IMG/VR virus record: IMGVR_UViG_3300021979_000001
Span: 290,948 to 354,947 of that record
DNA length: 64,000 nucleotides
Source of the DNA: a virus
Taxonomy: Duplodnaviria; Heunggongvirae; Uroviricota; Caudoviricetes
Strand: one strand, 5' to 3'
Below are positions 10,535 through 20,326 of the stretch, one piece after another. The position numbers were made by a program, and so were the translations under genes. The notes beneath the pieces are model-generated. The model was not told the DNA's origin, ran no database searches, and saw only the letters and a program-made list of their open reading frames with translations. The stretch's first letter is position 1; each line of letters starts with the position of its first letter.

Positions 10535-11002
10535 CCGGTTCGGTAGATATGATCCGATCCTACCCCTAAAATCGGCTACCAAGATGTAATCTTAACATTA
10601 AACTTCGAACAACAGCGACCCGGCCTTGGTGTGTGGGCATTGCGCAATGTCCACCCAATATAGAATATGGTTCAAGTGTTTATTATATAATGAACCACAA
10701 TCCATATCAATCAAAGCAATCATATCTGAACAACGAAAATATAACTCATGCCCATGTCCGATGCAAGTTATTTTTACCCACCATCATAGTTTCTTAACTC
10801 GGAATTGCACGCCCCACATACGACAGTTCCATCCTGCCATATTGGATCATAATTGGTAATTTTCGGTTTGGTTTTATCCAAATCGCATTCAAGTTGGGCA
10901 ATGTGTTTTTGCATAATAGCAATTTGTCTGCGTAATTTATTAATGTCATCCATATTTTTTACTCAAACGAATTGAGGCGGGCACGACACCCGCCTCGATA
11001 AT

Positions 11003-12178
11003 TTAAACGATGTAATGTGGGACGATTTTTGAATCACTCACGACGATTGGACTGTCATCTTGTTCGCGAATGACCATACCACACGCGGTTTCGCCAACAC
11101 ACCATGATCCAATCACAATATAATGGTTATCAATGTGTGGGACATTAACCCGAGCCTGGTATATATTGCGAGATCGATACCCGGCATCATGACTTTCAAT
11201 CACACCGTCCGGTGACACCATCTTAATATTTGCTCCTTCCCGTGCAAGTATCGGTTTTGCGACATAATTATCCCCCAGTTTGTCTGGGCTGAAATATGCC
11301 GGTAGCAAATTCGGATGATCCGGGAACAAATCCCATAACACTGCCAATATCGCTTTGTTGGATAATAATGCTTTCCAAATTGGTTCCAGGAAACCGATAT
11401 TCGCATTAACGAGAGCATCACCAAATTCTTCGGCAAACATCCATTCCCACGGATATAGCTTATCCAAAAACCGGATCACAATGTCGTCTTGATCAACAAA
11501 TTCACCATCTTCGGTAAGACCGATCATATTAATCGGGACATGCTTAACCTTAATGCCCCCTTGCATGGCAAGTTCCATGTAATATTCAATGTGTTGGCGT
11601 TCTTCTGGTGCATCATGAAATGACGTAAAATGCAAGATAGCCCCTTCTGGCATCAAATCACGAATCCGGGAATACCGATCAATCAATTCTTCGTGTAAAC
11701 TGTTAAATTGATCTGCATCGGGATGCACGTCGTTTTTCCACATCCACTGGATAACACTTGTTTCAATTGCGGTCGTTGGGGTATCACAATTGTATTCAAG
11801 CATCTTTGGTGCGGTTAATTCCGGGCGGGATGGATCGAATAATAAATCAAACCGTCCTTTGATATATGGATCATTTCGTTCCCAGGATTCAATGATCATC
11901 GGGCGAAACTTTTCTGGAATTTCGAAATTATCCATCAAATGAGGATTTTTGACAATGTGGGCAACCGCATCCAAACACCGTTGGTGCAATTCTTCTGTTG
12001 CCGCTTCAATTGTTTCAATTTCCGGTAATGAAAACGAATATGAAACCGTTTCATCCCAATAGCATCCGTCATTCCCAATTTCGGTTGATGGATGAACGCC
12101 GAAAGAATGATAGGTCAAACCTTGATCTTCAACAATTTGAACCCAATCATTTCGGGCCAAATGGGTGTCGCGCTTCAT
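11003..12178 (-). CDS. glutathionylspermidine synthase family ATP-grasp protein (YgiC/YjfC-like)
   Basis: YWDE...RFDL...KMLEYNCDTPT...KLYPWEW...EPIWKALLSNKAIL...KPILAREGANI...GSW. Confidence 0.92.
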   Translation of the reverse strand: MKRDTHLARNDWVQIVEDQGLTYHSFGVHPSTEIGNDGCYWDETVSYSFSLPEIETIEAATEELHQRCLDAVAHIVKNPHLMDNFEIPEKFRPMIIESWERNDPYIKGRFDLLFDPSRPELTAPKMLEYNCDTPTTAIETSVIQWMWKNDVHPDADQFNSLHEELIDRYSRIRDLMPEGAILHFTSFHDAPEERQHIEYYMELAMQGGIKVKHVPINMIGLTEDGEFVDQDDIVIRFLDKLYPWEWMFAEEFGDALVNANIGFLEPIWKALLSNKAILAVLWDLFPDHPNLLPAYFSPDKLGDNYVAKPILAREGANIKMVSPDGVIESHDAGYRSRNIYQARVNVPHIDNHYIVIGSWCVGETACGMVIREQDDSPIVVSDSKIVPHYIV

Positions 12179-12246
12179 CTATTAAATCCCCACATTAAAT
12201 AAAAATGTCAGGACAAAACACCATCCTGACACAAATGCTGTTCAAT

Positions 12247-12738
12247 TTACGCACCAACCGAAAATGATCGTCCAGTTGATCCAAACCCACCACGAGAAAC
12301 TGACCGTGCCCCGGTCACAGGGGTGGTAGCCCGCGAATTGGTTGATGTGAACGTGTTTCCATTCTTACCGAAATACACCGGACTTGATGTATAATAAGAG
12401 GATGAATCGCGTGTCATACGTCCCATCATATAACCCATCCAGATCGGCAAAAACACCGATCCACCACCGGACGATGCCTGCGTTTCACACTTGCCCACAC
12501 CAAATTGGTTTTCGCATTCTTCCTTTTTGGAAAAAGTTGGCGCAGATTTCTGATGTTGTTCCTTTGCTGATGCCATCATATTTTTGCATGTCGCTTCCGG
12601 GTAGTAGTGAGAACAACTGTCCACATCACTAAAGGTGTTTGGTTTCCGGTCATCCTGGCATGCACCCAACGACAACGCGACCAAACTGACCGTGGTGAAC
12701 GTAATAAATTTCATACTTTTTGTTTGTTTCATGATCAT
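12247..12738 (-). CDS. DUF1190 lipoprotein (YgiB-like)
   Basis: lipobox LSLGAC, APTF.KKEECENQFG.GKC, FLP..MGYMMG, terminal SRGGFG; directly upstream of the YgiC-like gene. Confidence 0.85.
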   Translation of the reverse strand: MIMKQTKSMKFITFTTVSLVALSLGACQDDRKPNTFSDVDSCSHYYPEATCKNMMASAKEQHQKSAPTFSKKEECENQFGVGKCETQASSGGGSVFLPIWMGYMMGRMTRDSSSYYTSSPVYFGKNGNTFTSTNSRATTPVTGARSVSRGGFGSTGRSFSVGA

Positions 12739-12858
12739 CTCAAAAAGGAGGTTGACGAAGCAAAAATACTAGCATTGCAATATTATGGTTGTCAATTTTT
12801 ATATGTGATGCAATTTAATACCCACATATTGTCGCCATATTTTCATATAAATATCCGT

Positions 12859-13236
12859 ATGGAAAACTTATTTTTATCGCTTACAGCGAACCTAACAGAA
12901 CACCTTCTTCCTTGGTTAACCATATTATTGTCTATCACCATATCGTTATTGGTAAAAGACATGATTTCGGCCATTTCCAAAGGAATCATGTTTCGTATGA
13001 GCAGTCATTTCAACGAAGGTGACATCGTGTATCTGGACGGAGAAAAGGCAATCATCGTTAACATGGGACTATTTCAAACCGTGTTTTCAATCGATGGGCC
13101 ACAAGGTAAGGTATGGCGAATAGTCCCGAATGATCGAATTTCGTTCCTTCGCCTGGATCGTATAATCGATACAAAACCAGGATCAGATGAAATTGTCATC
13201 ACTCCCCTGTTTGATAAAAATACCGACCAAAAATAA
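12859..13236 (+). CDS. small membrane protein with MscS-like beta domain
   Basis: TM segment then FNEGDIVYLDGEKAIIVNMGLFQT...IVPN; TATAAATA at 12846-12853; ATG 12859 preferred to the longer track ORF. Confidence 0.65.
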   Translation: MENLFLSLTANLTEHLLPWLTILLSITISLLVKDMISAISKGIMFRMSSHFNEGDIVYLDGEKAIIVNMGLFQTVFSIDGPQGKVWRIVPNDRISFLRLDRIIDTKPGSDEIVITPLFDKNTDQK

Positions 13237-13266
13237 AAAGACCGGCTGTTACACCGGTCTTTTTTT
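13235..13266. terminator. bidirectional intrinsic terminator
   Basis: AAAAAGACCGG-loop-CCGGTCTTTTTTT between convergent genes. Confidence 0.8.
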
Positions 13267-13297
13267 ATTTCGTAAGTAGTCCGTTTTCTTCGTAGAC

Positions 13298-13741
13298 TTA
13301 AGCCTCGTGTTTCTTATAACTTGCTTTACGTGCCTTTGTCAACCCGGTTTTAATTCCCCCAACCAGTTTCGCGTGTTTATTTTTGTCAAACTCCGACGAT
13401 GCCCGAATTTCAGCCAAGGCAGCAACATATGCGCCAACTTTGGTTGGACGAATGTGATTTGGACGATTACCCAAATTCCATTGCTCGCGACACACCGGAT
13501 CAGGAACCGGCAATAACTTCCCCTTGTTGTCGATGGAAAGATATTTAATCCGCTTGTATGCAGTGACAACTTTATAATTGCCACCCCGCCGACACCGAAC
13601 GGATTTGACTTCATAACTCACTAATTCAAACGTCGGTGATTCCTTGTCCTCGTGTGAACAATTTTCATCCCACCACCGAGAATCTTCATCAAAGCCAAGA
13701 TACCATTCAACTTCGTAAAAAATGTCCCCTTTCTTATCCAT
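13298..13741 (-). CDS. hypothetical protein
   Basis: 147-aa ORF ending at the terminator. Confidence 0.65.
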   Translation of the reverse strand: MDKKGDIFYEVEWYLGFDEDSRWWDENCSHEDKESPTFELVSYEVKSVRCRRGGNYKVVTAYKRIKYLSIDNKGKLLPVPDPVCREQWNLGNRPNHIRPTKVGAYVAALAEIRASSEFDKNKHAKLVGGIKTGLTKARKASYKKHEA

Positions 13742-13905
13742 AAATCAAACCTTTTCAAAATATTATCATAATGCATATTCATAAGATAACATTAAAAATA
13801 AAAACAATCAACTATTTTTTTCATTGTGGTGTTTATAATATCAAATATATCGGGTTCAGTAATGATAAATACTGTTATAATTTCTAAATTATATGGGTTT
13901 ATAAC

Positions 13906-14418
13906 ATGCGCGAACATATCAATATTGTTAAAGGTTTACATAACACCAAATCAACATTGGATGAAAAAAGAGCCAGGCGGTCAAAAAGAAAAACCCGCCG
14001 GAAACAGAAAACCGCGTCGTTGGTGTATCCTTATGTTGGGGCATGGTATGGTTATAATGACGATACCGGGTTTGATGGTGGAGATGTGTCAGAAGACATT
14101 GATGCCAGTGTTATGGGCGTGATTGATGAAGATCGTAACCCAATGCCGGTTTTTTATGGTTCGGATGATTCTGACATCAATGGTTGGTTTTGCAATGATC
14201 GGCAGTTTGCAGTCGAGTGTGGTAGTAATGTGTCATCCCATTATATTAAAATGGCAAAACCCTATGTAATAGAAAATCCTGGCTTGCAACATCCAATGTT
14301 AACCGGGGAAGACCCAGTGCCGATGTTACAGAACCAAGGATATGATGGGATTATTGTAGCGGGGAATGGGTTGATAAATTATTATGTATTTGACAGTTCA
14401 CAAATAATCAACATCTGA
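13906..14418 (+). CDS. degenerate ART-PolyVal-like protein with basic N-terminal segment
   Basis: NPMPVFYGS...WFCNDRQFA...YIKMAKPY...QGYDGIIV...YYVFDSSQI; MREHINIV leader; ATAAATA 13865-13871. Confidence 0.65.
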   Translation: MREHINIVKGLHNTKSTLDEKRARRSKRKTRRKQKTASLVYPYVGAWYGYNDDTGFDGGDVSEDIDASVMGVIDEDRNPMPVFYGSDDSDINGWFCNDRQFAVECGSNVSSHYIKMAKPYVIENPGLQHPMLTGEDPVPMLQNQGYDGIIVAGNGLINYYVFDSSQIINI

Positions 14419-14559
14419 ACTTTGCAATTTTTGCAATACGGTATCGGTATATACACAAAGCCGAAGGCCGGTAACAACCAACCTTCGGCTATTTGGCCCG
14501 TGTCTTCAATACTGTTCGGGTTACAGCTTTATTTTTTTATTTAATAGTTCATTTTATTT

Positions 14560-14589
14560 TTGACATTTGATCCCCGACGAAACTATTAT
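14560..14589 (+). promoter_or_regulatory. sigma70-like promoter pointing into the ORF-free structured region
   Basis: TTGACA-18 nt-TATTAT. Confidence 0.55.
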
Positions 14590-14594
14590 GATCG

Positions 14595-15140
14595 AACATA
14601 CGCATAAGGAGTAACAGGGGCGACTCCACCCCAAAAATTTAGACCAGAAAACGAGACTGGGATAAATGATAGTGCAATCACCAAGCCGTCGATCCCCTCG
14701 ATCAGTAAGGGTGATGGCAGCCGCTTGACAGAAGAATGCGAAAGCCGTTCTGTAAAAAGGCACCACGAAAAAGATGGCAATATGTCTTACAATTTGACAA
14801 ATGCCTGCATGCATCGTCCCCCAATGGCGTAATGCATGTGCTTGATACTTTTAAATCCAATATTTTTATCATAACCGTTTGGTCGCAATAAAATTTACCG
14901 GATTGGCGCTGGATGTGTAATTCCCAGTTACCTTTCTCTTGTAGGTGAAATTGACCGGAGTAGGGCGGCTACACGCTGGTTTCGGGAAACCGCCAGCTTC
15001 ATCTATAAACGATGATCACCGCTAATTGGGTTGGCAATGTGACTCAAGATGTCATATCTCCAATAGTCTCCCCTGTCTAACAAATATTTTTTCCCATGGT
15101 TCTATTACTATGGATAAATTTTTGTTAGACAGGGGGGCTA
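14595..15140 (+). ncRNA. candidate large structured ncRNA (or origin-associated RNA), unassigned
   Basis: no credible ORF; GC-enriched; nested helices GCCGTC/GATGGC, ACAGAA..GC-GAAA-GC..TTCTGT, AGGCA/TGCCT, GCATGCAT/ATGCATGT, GCTGG..CCAGC; long-range AGCCGCTT(14719)/GGGCGGCT(14963); long hairpin 15064-15140. Confidence 0.5.
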
Positions 15141-15415
15141 AAATATTGACGTGATCTAAGATATTGAATCAAACAATAGTTTTAAGATAATTGTTATCAA
15201 ACAATAACATTATTCTTCCAAAATGGCATAACGAGTGATGATAAAATCATTGCGATTTCAAGAGCAATGATTTTAGATAGAACGAGTTAAATGCCTAGTG
15301 GGGAATGAAATGAGTGTTCCCGTAAGGGAATACGAATGAAATTTCACGCTACATAATAATAAAAAACACACAGAAACAATCCATGTGTTTTAATTGGTCT
15401 TTTTTATGGATGTCT

Positions 15416-15838
15416 TTACTCAAAGACAAATTTAATTAGTTCTGCATAATCACCAGGTAATTCAAATCGACTTGATGATTCATCTGAATCAATCCATACT
15501 TCTCTTGCTGTTCGGACCAATGGCAAACATTTCTTCCAAGCCAATTTTATGTCTTCGAGTTTTCCTTCAATCATTAATTCGCGATCAGATCGCCAATTGG
15601 GATGCACTATACGAACCCATCCAGCACTAAACATTGTTGGATAAACTGTTAATGAGTTATTTCCCGTGATTTTTGGAACACCTAATTCCCCAGAATGTTC
15701 TTTAGCCCATGGTATATGCTGTTCTTCTTCTACCGGGTAAATTTTTTGCTCTTTTGCGTTAATCCAGGCACCATATGCTTTTGTGTTGAAGCTATACTCA
15801 AAGAGCAATGACGGATTAAACAATTCATAAATATTCAT
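15416..15838 (-). CDS. hypothetical late protein (MNIYELF..LLFE leader)
   Basis: 140 aa; ATAAATA at 15874-15880(-). Confidence 0.65.
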   Translation of the reverse strand: MNIYELFNPSLLFEYSFNTKAYGAWINAKEQKIYPVEEEQHIPWAKEHSGELGVPKITGNNSLTVYPTMFSAGWVRIVHPNWRSDRELMIEGKLEDIKLAWKKCLPLVRTAREVWIDSDESSSRFELPGDYAELIKFVFE

Positions 15839-15872
15839 CAGAAAATCACCAAATAATAATTTTGTTTATTTA

Positions 15873-16355
15873 TTATTTATCTGGTGATTTCCATTGTGTT
15901 TTCCGATGTTTCTTCCATGACCGTTGTGGTCTTCTGAAATTATCATCCCATGCGGTGGGTAAATTGGTATAATTTCGTTTGGCACGCTGATATGCCGGGT
16001 CCGATTTACGTTCAGATTGTGTTGATGGATACCGAAGCCATTTGCGTAAGGGTAGTTTTCTCCCTGTATTTGGAACAGGATATTTTCTAAACTTATTTTT
16101 AGATTCAATCATATCCCGTTTGTGGGCTTTAAATGCTTTGTCCGTAAAAACATGAACCGATACAAACGTATGCGTATGATCATAAATTTGCCATGTTATA
16201 TATTCGTCATCATCCATTGTTGCAAAATATTGAATTTCATTTGGATACTTTTTAAAAAAATTTGATATTATATCAAAGGTGAATGGCCCTTGCACCGTGG
16301 AACCGGTAACATGCTGAAAATAAAATACTTTTTTGTTTGGTGTAGTATTAATCAT
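15873..16355 (-). CDS. conserved basic phage protein (LP..WDD..RSWK.HR..QW type)
   Basis: C-terminal RYPSTQSER...LPTAWDD...RSWKKHRKTQW. Confidence 0.65.
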   Translation of the reverse strand: MINTTPNKKVFYFQHVTGSTVQGPFTFDIISNFFKKYPNEIQYFATMDDDEYITWQIYDHTHTFVSVHVFTDKAFKAHKRDMIESKNKFRKYPVPNTGRKLPLRKWLRYPSTQSERKSDPAYQRAKRNYTNLPTAWDDNFRRPQRSWKKHRKTQWKSPDK

Positions 16356-16746
16356 TGTGCAAAAACTTTCGATGTCTAATATTTGTGAAAAAGAGACAAA
16401 CTGTAATGATTTTTTACCGGGGTGGCAACTGTATTAATATGCAGTGTGATACATGTTCCAGCTACCGGACCCTGGGACGATAGATATTTATCGTTTTATA
16501 TTGTTGGGAGGATGGCGTAATATCTTCAAAAATCATATAATTATGGCTTGTAATAATAGAGAAACCGTGCAAAAATATGGTGGTAATTTCATTTTATCAT
16601 GTAAGGATAACATGCAATGGATTTTGATAATCCGTTTATTACTGTGATCGCTATTGTTGCGTTTGTATTGATTTTGGTCGCGCATGTAGGTTATCTGCTG
16701 AAAGTTGGTTTCTTGGTGTCGTCATTTTTTTTCGTGAGGTAGTGAT

Positions 16747-17298
16747 ATGCGGGCGATTATGCTTGTAGTAATGGTAGCCTTAGCCAGCGTGGCAAGTGTC
16801 CCCGCAATGGCACTAGGTAATAACCAGAAAAATCTTGGCATAGCGGGATCAATGGATTCCGCCGTTGTTGATATGTGTGAGCGCATTAATTATAAAGGTT
16901 GGTATTGTTTAGATGTCCGTGCCGTTCAGATTTCAATATATCACGAATATTGGGAATGGATGAAAAATCATTCAGCAACCGTTGATGATTACGTCAACGC
17001 AAAAACTGAATGCATTGATCTGTATGGTGAGAATGCATGTTTAGCCTTTGATGACGGGATTGATGACTTTCTTGTCAAATTTTTCCGACATGAAGGACGT
17101 TGGATGGCGGTTGAAGAATATGACCACCAACATACGGTCTGCGAACAAAACTTTGGTAAGGCATGCGCTGAATTTAACGAATATCGAAAATATGCCGGAT
17201 CACCTCGGCCTGCAATGTCGTGCGGGACATATCGAAGCACCGACGGCAAAATATACACCAAAGCGATTAAGTCGGAACAATGTGACCCACCACGATAA
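16747..17298 (+). CDS. secreted Cys-rich hypothetical protein
   Basis: signal peptide MRAIMLVVMVALASVASVPAMA; eight Cys; GAGGT RBS. Confidence 0.7.
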   Translation: MRAIMLVVMVALASVASVPAMALGNNQKNLGIAGSMDSAVVDMCERINYKGWYCLDVRAVQISIYHEYWEWMKNHSATVDDYVNAKTECIDLYGENACLAFDDGIDDFLVKFFRHEGRWMAVEEYDHQHTVCEQNFGKACAEFNEYRKYAGSPRPAMSCGTYRSTDGKIYTKAIKSEQCDPPR

Positions 17299-17311
17299 TA
17301 GAGAAACATAA

Positions 17312-18517
17312 ATGATTTTTTGTCCTTCTCCCTGGCATTCGATTCTAGTCGATTGGAATGGGGATGTTTCCCCGGATCGCCATTTTGGCACCAAAATCGG
17401 GAATATTTTTGATCAAACTATCCCTGAAATGTGGGGAAGTGACGTGATGCAACGGGTTCGGGCATCAATGTTGAACAACACGTTTCCTGAACAATGCCAT
17501 AGATGTCAATCTAAAGAACAGGCAGTCGGTGCATCCCGTCGCACGTTTTTTCATGACGTATTGGTGCCAATGCTGGAACCGGGCTTGAAATATGAAACCA
17601 ATCCAATTCCAGATATTCGATTTGTTGAAATTAATCCAACAAACGTTTGCAACCTTAAATGCAGAATGTGTTCCGGGGAAGATTCAACTGCATGGTTGAA
17701 GGATGAAATGGCTCTTATTTCACAAGGGCTGGATTTTCGTTTCAATTCCAAACTTGGGTATCGGAAAGCACCAAAGGGATTGTTGGATCGATTGTTCTTA
17801 CATCCAGAATGTTTCCGTAATCTACAATATATTAATATCAAAGGTGGTGAGCCATTTAAAGATGAAGAATGCTTTGCACTTATGGAAGCATTGATAGATA
17901 TTGGTGTTTCACACAAAGTTGTTCTTGATTTATCTACTAATGGCACGGATGTTGATCACCGAATTTTTGATATTGCCACAAAGTTCAAAGAGGTGAAATT
18001 ACACATTTCCATGGAAGCAACCGGGGAAATGTATCAATATATGCGTGGTGGTGAGCATTTTACGATTGCTGATCTCGAACGAAATGTTGCGGAATTTTCC
18101 AAAATGGAAAACACTCGAATTATTTTTGCAACTGTTTTGTGTGCTTACAATATTTTCGAAATCCCGAGAATTTGGAAATGGTTCAACAATATTCGAAAAG
18201 AAAATCATGAAATTTATTTCACCAATGTCGTTGCTGATCCAAAATATCTAGCACCCGCTGTGATGCCGTTAGAAGCACGTAGAGAGGCATTGGAGGAAAT
18301 TATTGACGCCAATATACCGAACCGCCTACACGAGCCACACGGCCCGATTATGGGGGTTAACGGCATAGTAAATGGTCTTGGAAAAGAAATATTGGATGAT
18401 ACCGAGAGAAAATTGTTATTTTCTCGATTATATGCCTTCACGATTGCATTGGATAAACTTCGTGGTGAAAGTCTTTTATCGGTAGAGCCAAGGTTTAAAA
18501 AATACCTGGTCAAGTGA
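17312..18517 (+). CDS. radical SAM protein with N-terminal SPASM/twitch-like domain
   Basis: CNLKCRMC (CxxxCxxC), GGEP, STNGT; N-terminal FCPSPW...GNI...C.RC. Confidence 0.9.
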   Translation: MIFCPSPWHSILVDWNGDVSPDRHFGTKIGNIFDQTIPEMWGSDVMQRVRASMLNNTFPEQCHRCQSKEQAVGASRRTFFHDVLVPMLEPGLKYETNPIPDIRFVEINPTNVCNLKCRMCSGEDSTAWLKDEMALISQGLDFRFNSKLGYRKAPKGLLDRLFLHPECFRNLQYINIKGGEPFKDEECFALMEALIDIGVSHKVVLDLSTNGTDVDHRIFDIATKFKEVKLHISMEATGEMYQYMRGGEHFTIADLERNVAEFSKMENTRIIFATVLCAYNIFEIPRIWKWFNNIRKENHEIYFTNVVADPKYLAPAVMPLEARREALEEIIDANIPNRLHEPHGPIMGVNGIVNGLGKEILDDTERKLLFSRLYAFTIALDKLRGESLLSVEPRFKKYLVK

Positions 18518-18522
18518 CGATG

Positions 18523-18554
18523 AAAAAAGCCGGGGGAAATTCCCCGGCTTTTTT
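18523..18554. terminator. bidirectional intrinsic terminator
   Basis: AAAAAAGCCGGGG-loop-CCCCGGCTTTTTT between convergent genes. Confidence 0.85.
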
Positions 18555-18555
18555 A

Positions 18556-19065
18556 TTAACATTCATTGATAAGGCCCCGAACCCGATCCAGTTCTTCGTT
18601 GGAATGTTGCGTTCCACCATCGTTGAACGCCAGATACCATTCGAGAACTTCTTTTCGGGTTTTAAGGGTTCCGATACGAATTTTCAGGGATAAGTTCAAT
18701 GACCACAACGTGTCAAATTCCGACGCTTTATGTCCGAAGGCAAGAACGTCATCCCGCATGAATTCGCGGATGGCCGTGATACGTTGCAGACCATCAACGC
18801 ATTGGAGTGTTCCTTTGAAAGAACCCATCCAATTCGGGTGATTGAAATATACATTTTTTCCACTCTCCCCGCCCCGCATGACATATTCAAGATATTTGGT
18901 TTTTTGTTCCTGTGACCATACGTGCCCACGTTGGAAATCAGGATTTAACTCAATCTTGATGTGGTCAGTGTTGTATTGCCCCAACCACCGTTCCAAATCT
19001 TTCCAGGATACATCGACTGCATAATTTGCGGTAGGGAATTTTGGGATGCTGTCAAATTTAATCAT
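18556..19065 (-). CDS. stand-alone DUF262 (ParB/Srx-like, GmrS-type) protein
   Basis: LNPDFQRGHVW...VDGLQRITAI...FNDGG. Confidence 0.85.
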   Translation of the reverse strand: MIKFDSIPKFPTANYAVDVSWKDLERWLGQYNTDHIKIELNPDFQRGHVWSQEQKTKYLEYVMRGGESGKNVYFNHPNWMGSFKGTLQCVDGLQRITAIREFMRDDVLAFGHKASEFDTLWSLNLSLKIRIGTLKTRKEVLEWYLAFNDGGTQHSNEELDRVRGLINEC

Positions 19066-19165
19066 AACGCATAAATTCCTTGTTTATATTAAATTATGTA
19101 TTTCACATGTTCGTATATTACACCATAAAATAAATAATGTCATCACAAAATAAAGAAAAACTGAT

Positions 19166-20257
19166 ATGCGAATATTTGAAATTGAAACGTTGGATGCTCC
19201 AAATTCTCAAAATATCAATAAAAACAAAGCGTTTGATGCTTGGTTTGGTAATAGTAAAATACGAGATAAAAATGGAAATCCACTTCAAGTATATCATGGA
19301 ACGAACTCTGATGCTGATTTCATGGAATTTACCCCGGTGCGTAGTGGGAGTCCAGATGTCGGATATTATTTCACACGAGATTCGGAATATGCATCCGGGT
19401 ATGCGACTGCATTTAGCAATAATTTGAACAATGCTAGAATTGTCCCGGCATATCTTTCCATACAAAACCCATATTTTTGCATATTAAAACCCAATGGAAT
19501 TAATGGTTTCGATGATACTGCCAAAACAAAATTGATAAAGCAGGGATATGATGGCCTTGTTGTTGGTCTTACCGAATATGAATACGAAACCGGGTCCAGA
19601 AGTATACAAGATGATGCATCAGAAATTGTTGCATTTAAACCAAATCAAATTAAATCAATATTCAATTCAGGGTCATGGAAACAAGATACAAAAAATATTT
19701 CAGAAACATCAGCAATATCAGAAGCAAAAAACGTTGGTATACTTTATCACTTTACTGATTTGCATTCTGCCTGGGCCATATTAGAGGATAAGCAATTAAA
19801 AATAGGTGATACCGAAGGATCATTCCTGGCGTCTGGTGGTGGTTTTACAGTTACACATCCAAGAACACATATTAGTCTTACCCGTAATCCTCGTTTGCAA
19901 CGATTGGGTGAAAATTATCCATGGGGTCCAGTTCGTATTGTGCTGGATGGCGATAAATTATCACAAAAATATAAAATAAACCCGTATCAAGATCAAATAC
20001 ACGGTATCACCCGACATGAAAACCAAGCAGAAGAAATGATTGCGAACCACGTTGTTGATATTACTGGGTGCGTGGTGCGGGTTGATTTTAATATTTCTGA
20101 ATATATAACTAGATCGAACGATTTTGAAACATGGGTATCCATGCCAGACGATGACTCAAAAAAGAAATATATTCAACTTAGTAAAGATGACGCACAAATG
20201 TTCGTTAAATATATCAAATCACTTGGATATGATATTAATGTGGTGAAGAAATTTTAG
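19166..20257 (+). CDS. two-domain ART-fold protein (ART-PolyVal plus a second YHFT-type domain)
   Basis: WFGNSKIRD.NGNPLQVYHGT...GYYFT..SEYASGY...YLSIQNP...GYDG...EIVAFKPNQIKS; then ILYHFT...ISLTRN...QAEE; ATAAATA 19130-19136. Confidence 0.8.
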   Translation: MRIFEIETLDAPNSQNINKNKAFDAWFGNSKIRDKNGNPLQVYHGTNSDADFMEFTPVRSGSPDVGYYFTRDSEYASGYATAFSNNLNNARIVPAYLSIQNPYFCILKPNGINGFDDTAKTKLIKQGYDGLVVGLTEYEYETGSRSIQDDASEIVAFKPNQIKSIFNSGSWKQDTKNISETSAISEAKNVGILYHFTDLHSAWAILEDKQLKIGDTEGSFLASGGGFTVTHPRTHISLTRNPRLQRLGENYPWGPVRIVLDGDKLSQKYKINPYQDQIHGITRHENQAEEMIANHVVDITGCVVRVDFNISEYITRSNDFETWVSMPDDDSKKKYIQLSKDDAQMFVKYIKSLGYDINVVKKF

Positions 20258-20326
20258 TCAAATAATATATTTGACACATGTTAATAATATTGCTATTTTA
20301 AATATAAACATATGTGGGTATAAAAA

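Noticed and set aside
10598-10952. Two short minus-strand frames that might be one frameshifted gene
   Set aside because: No recognisable homology, so a split gene cannot be distinguished from small independent ORFs
14595-15060. tmRNA, RNase P RNA or group I intron
   Set aside because: No convincing tRNA-like ends or tag ORF, no GGAAAGUC-type RNase P core, and no interrupted flanking gene
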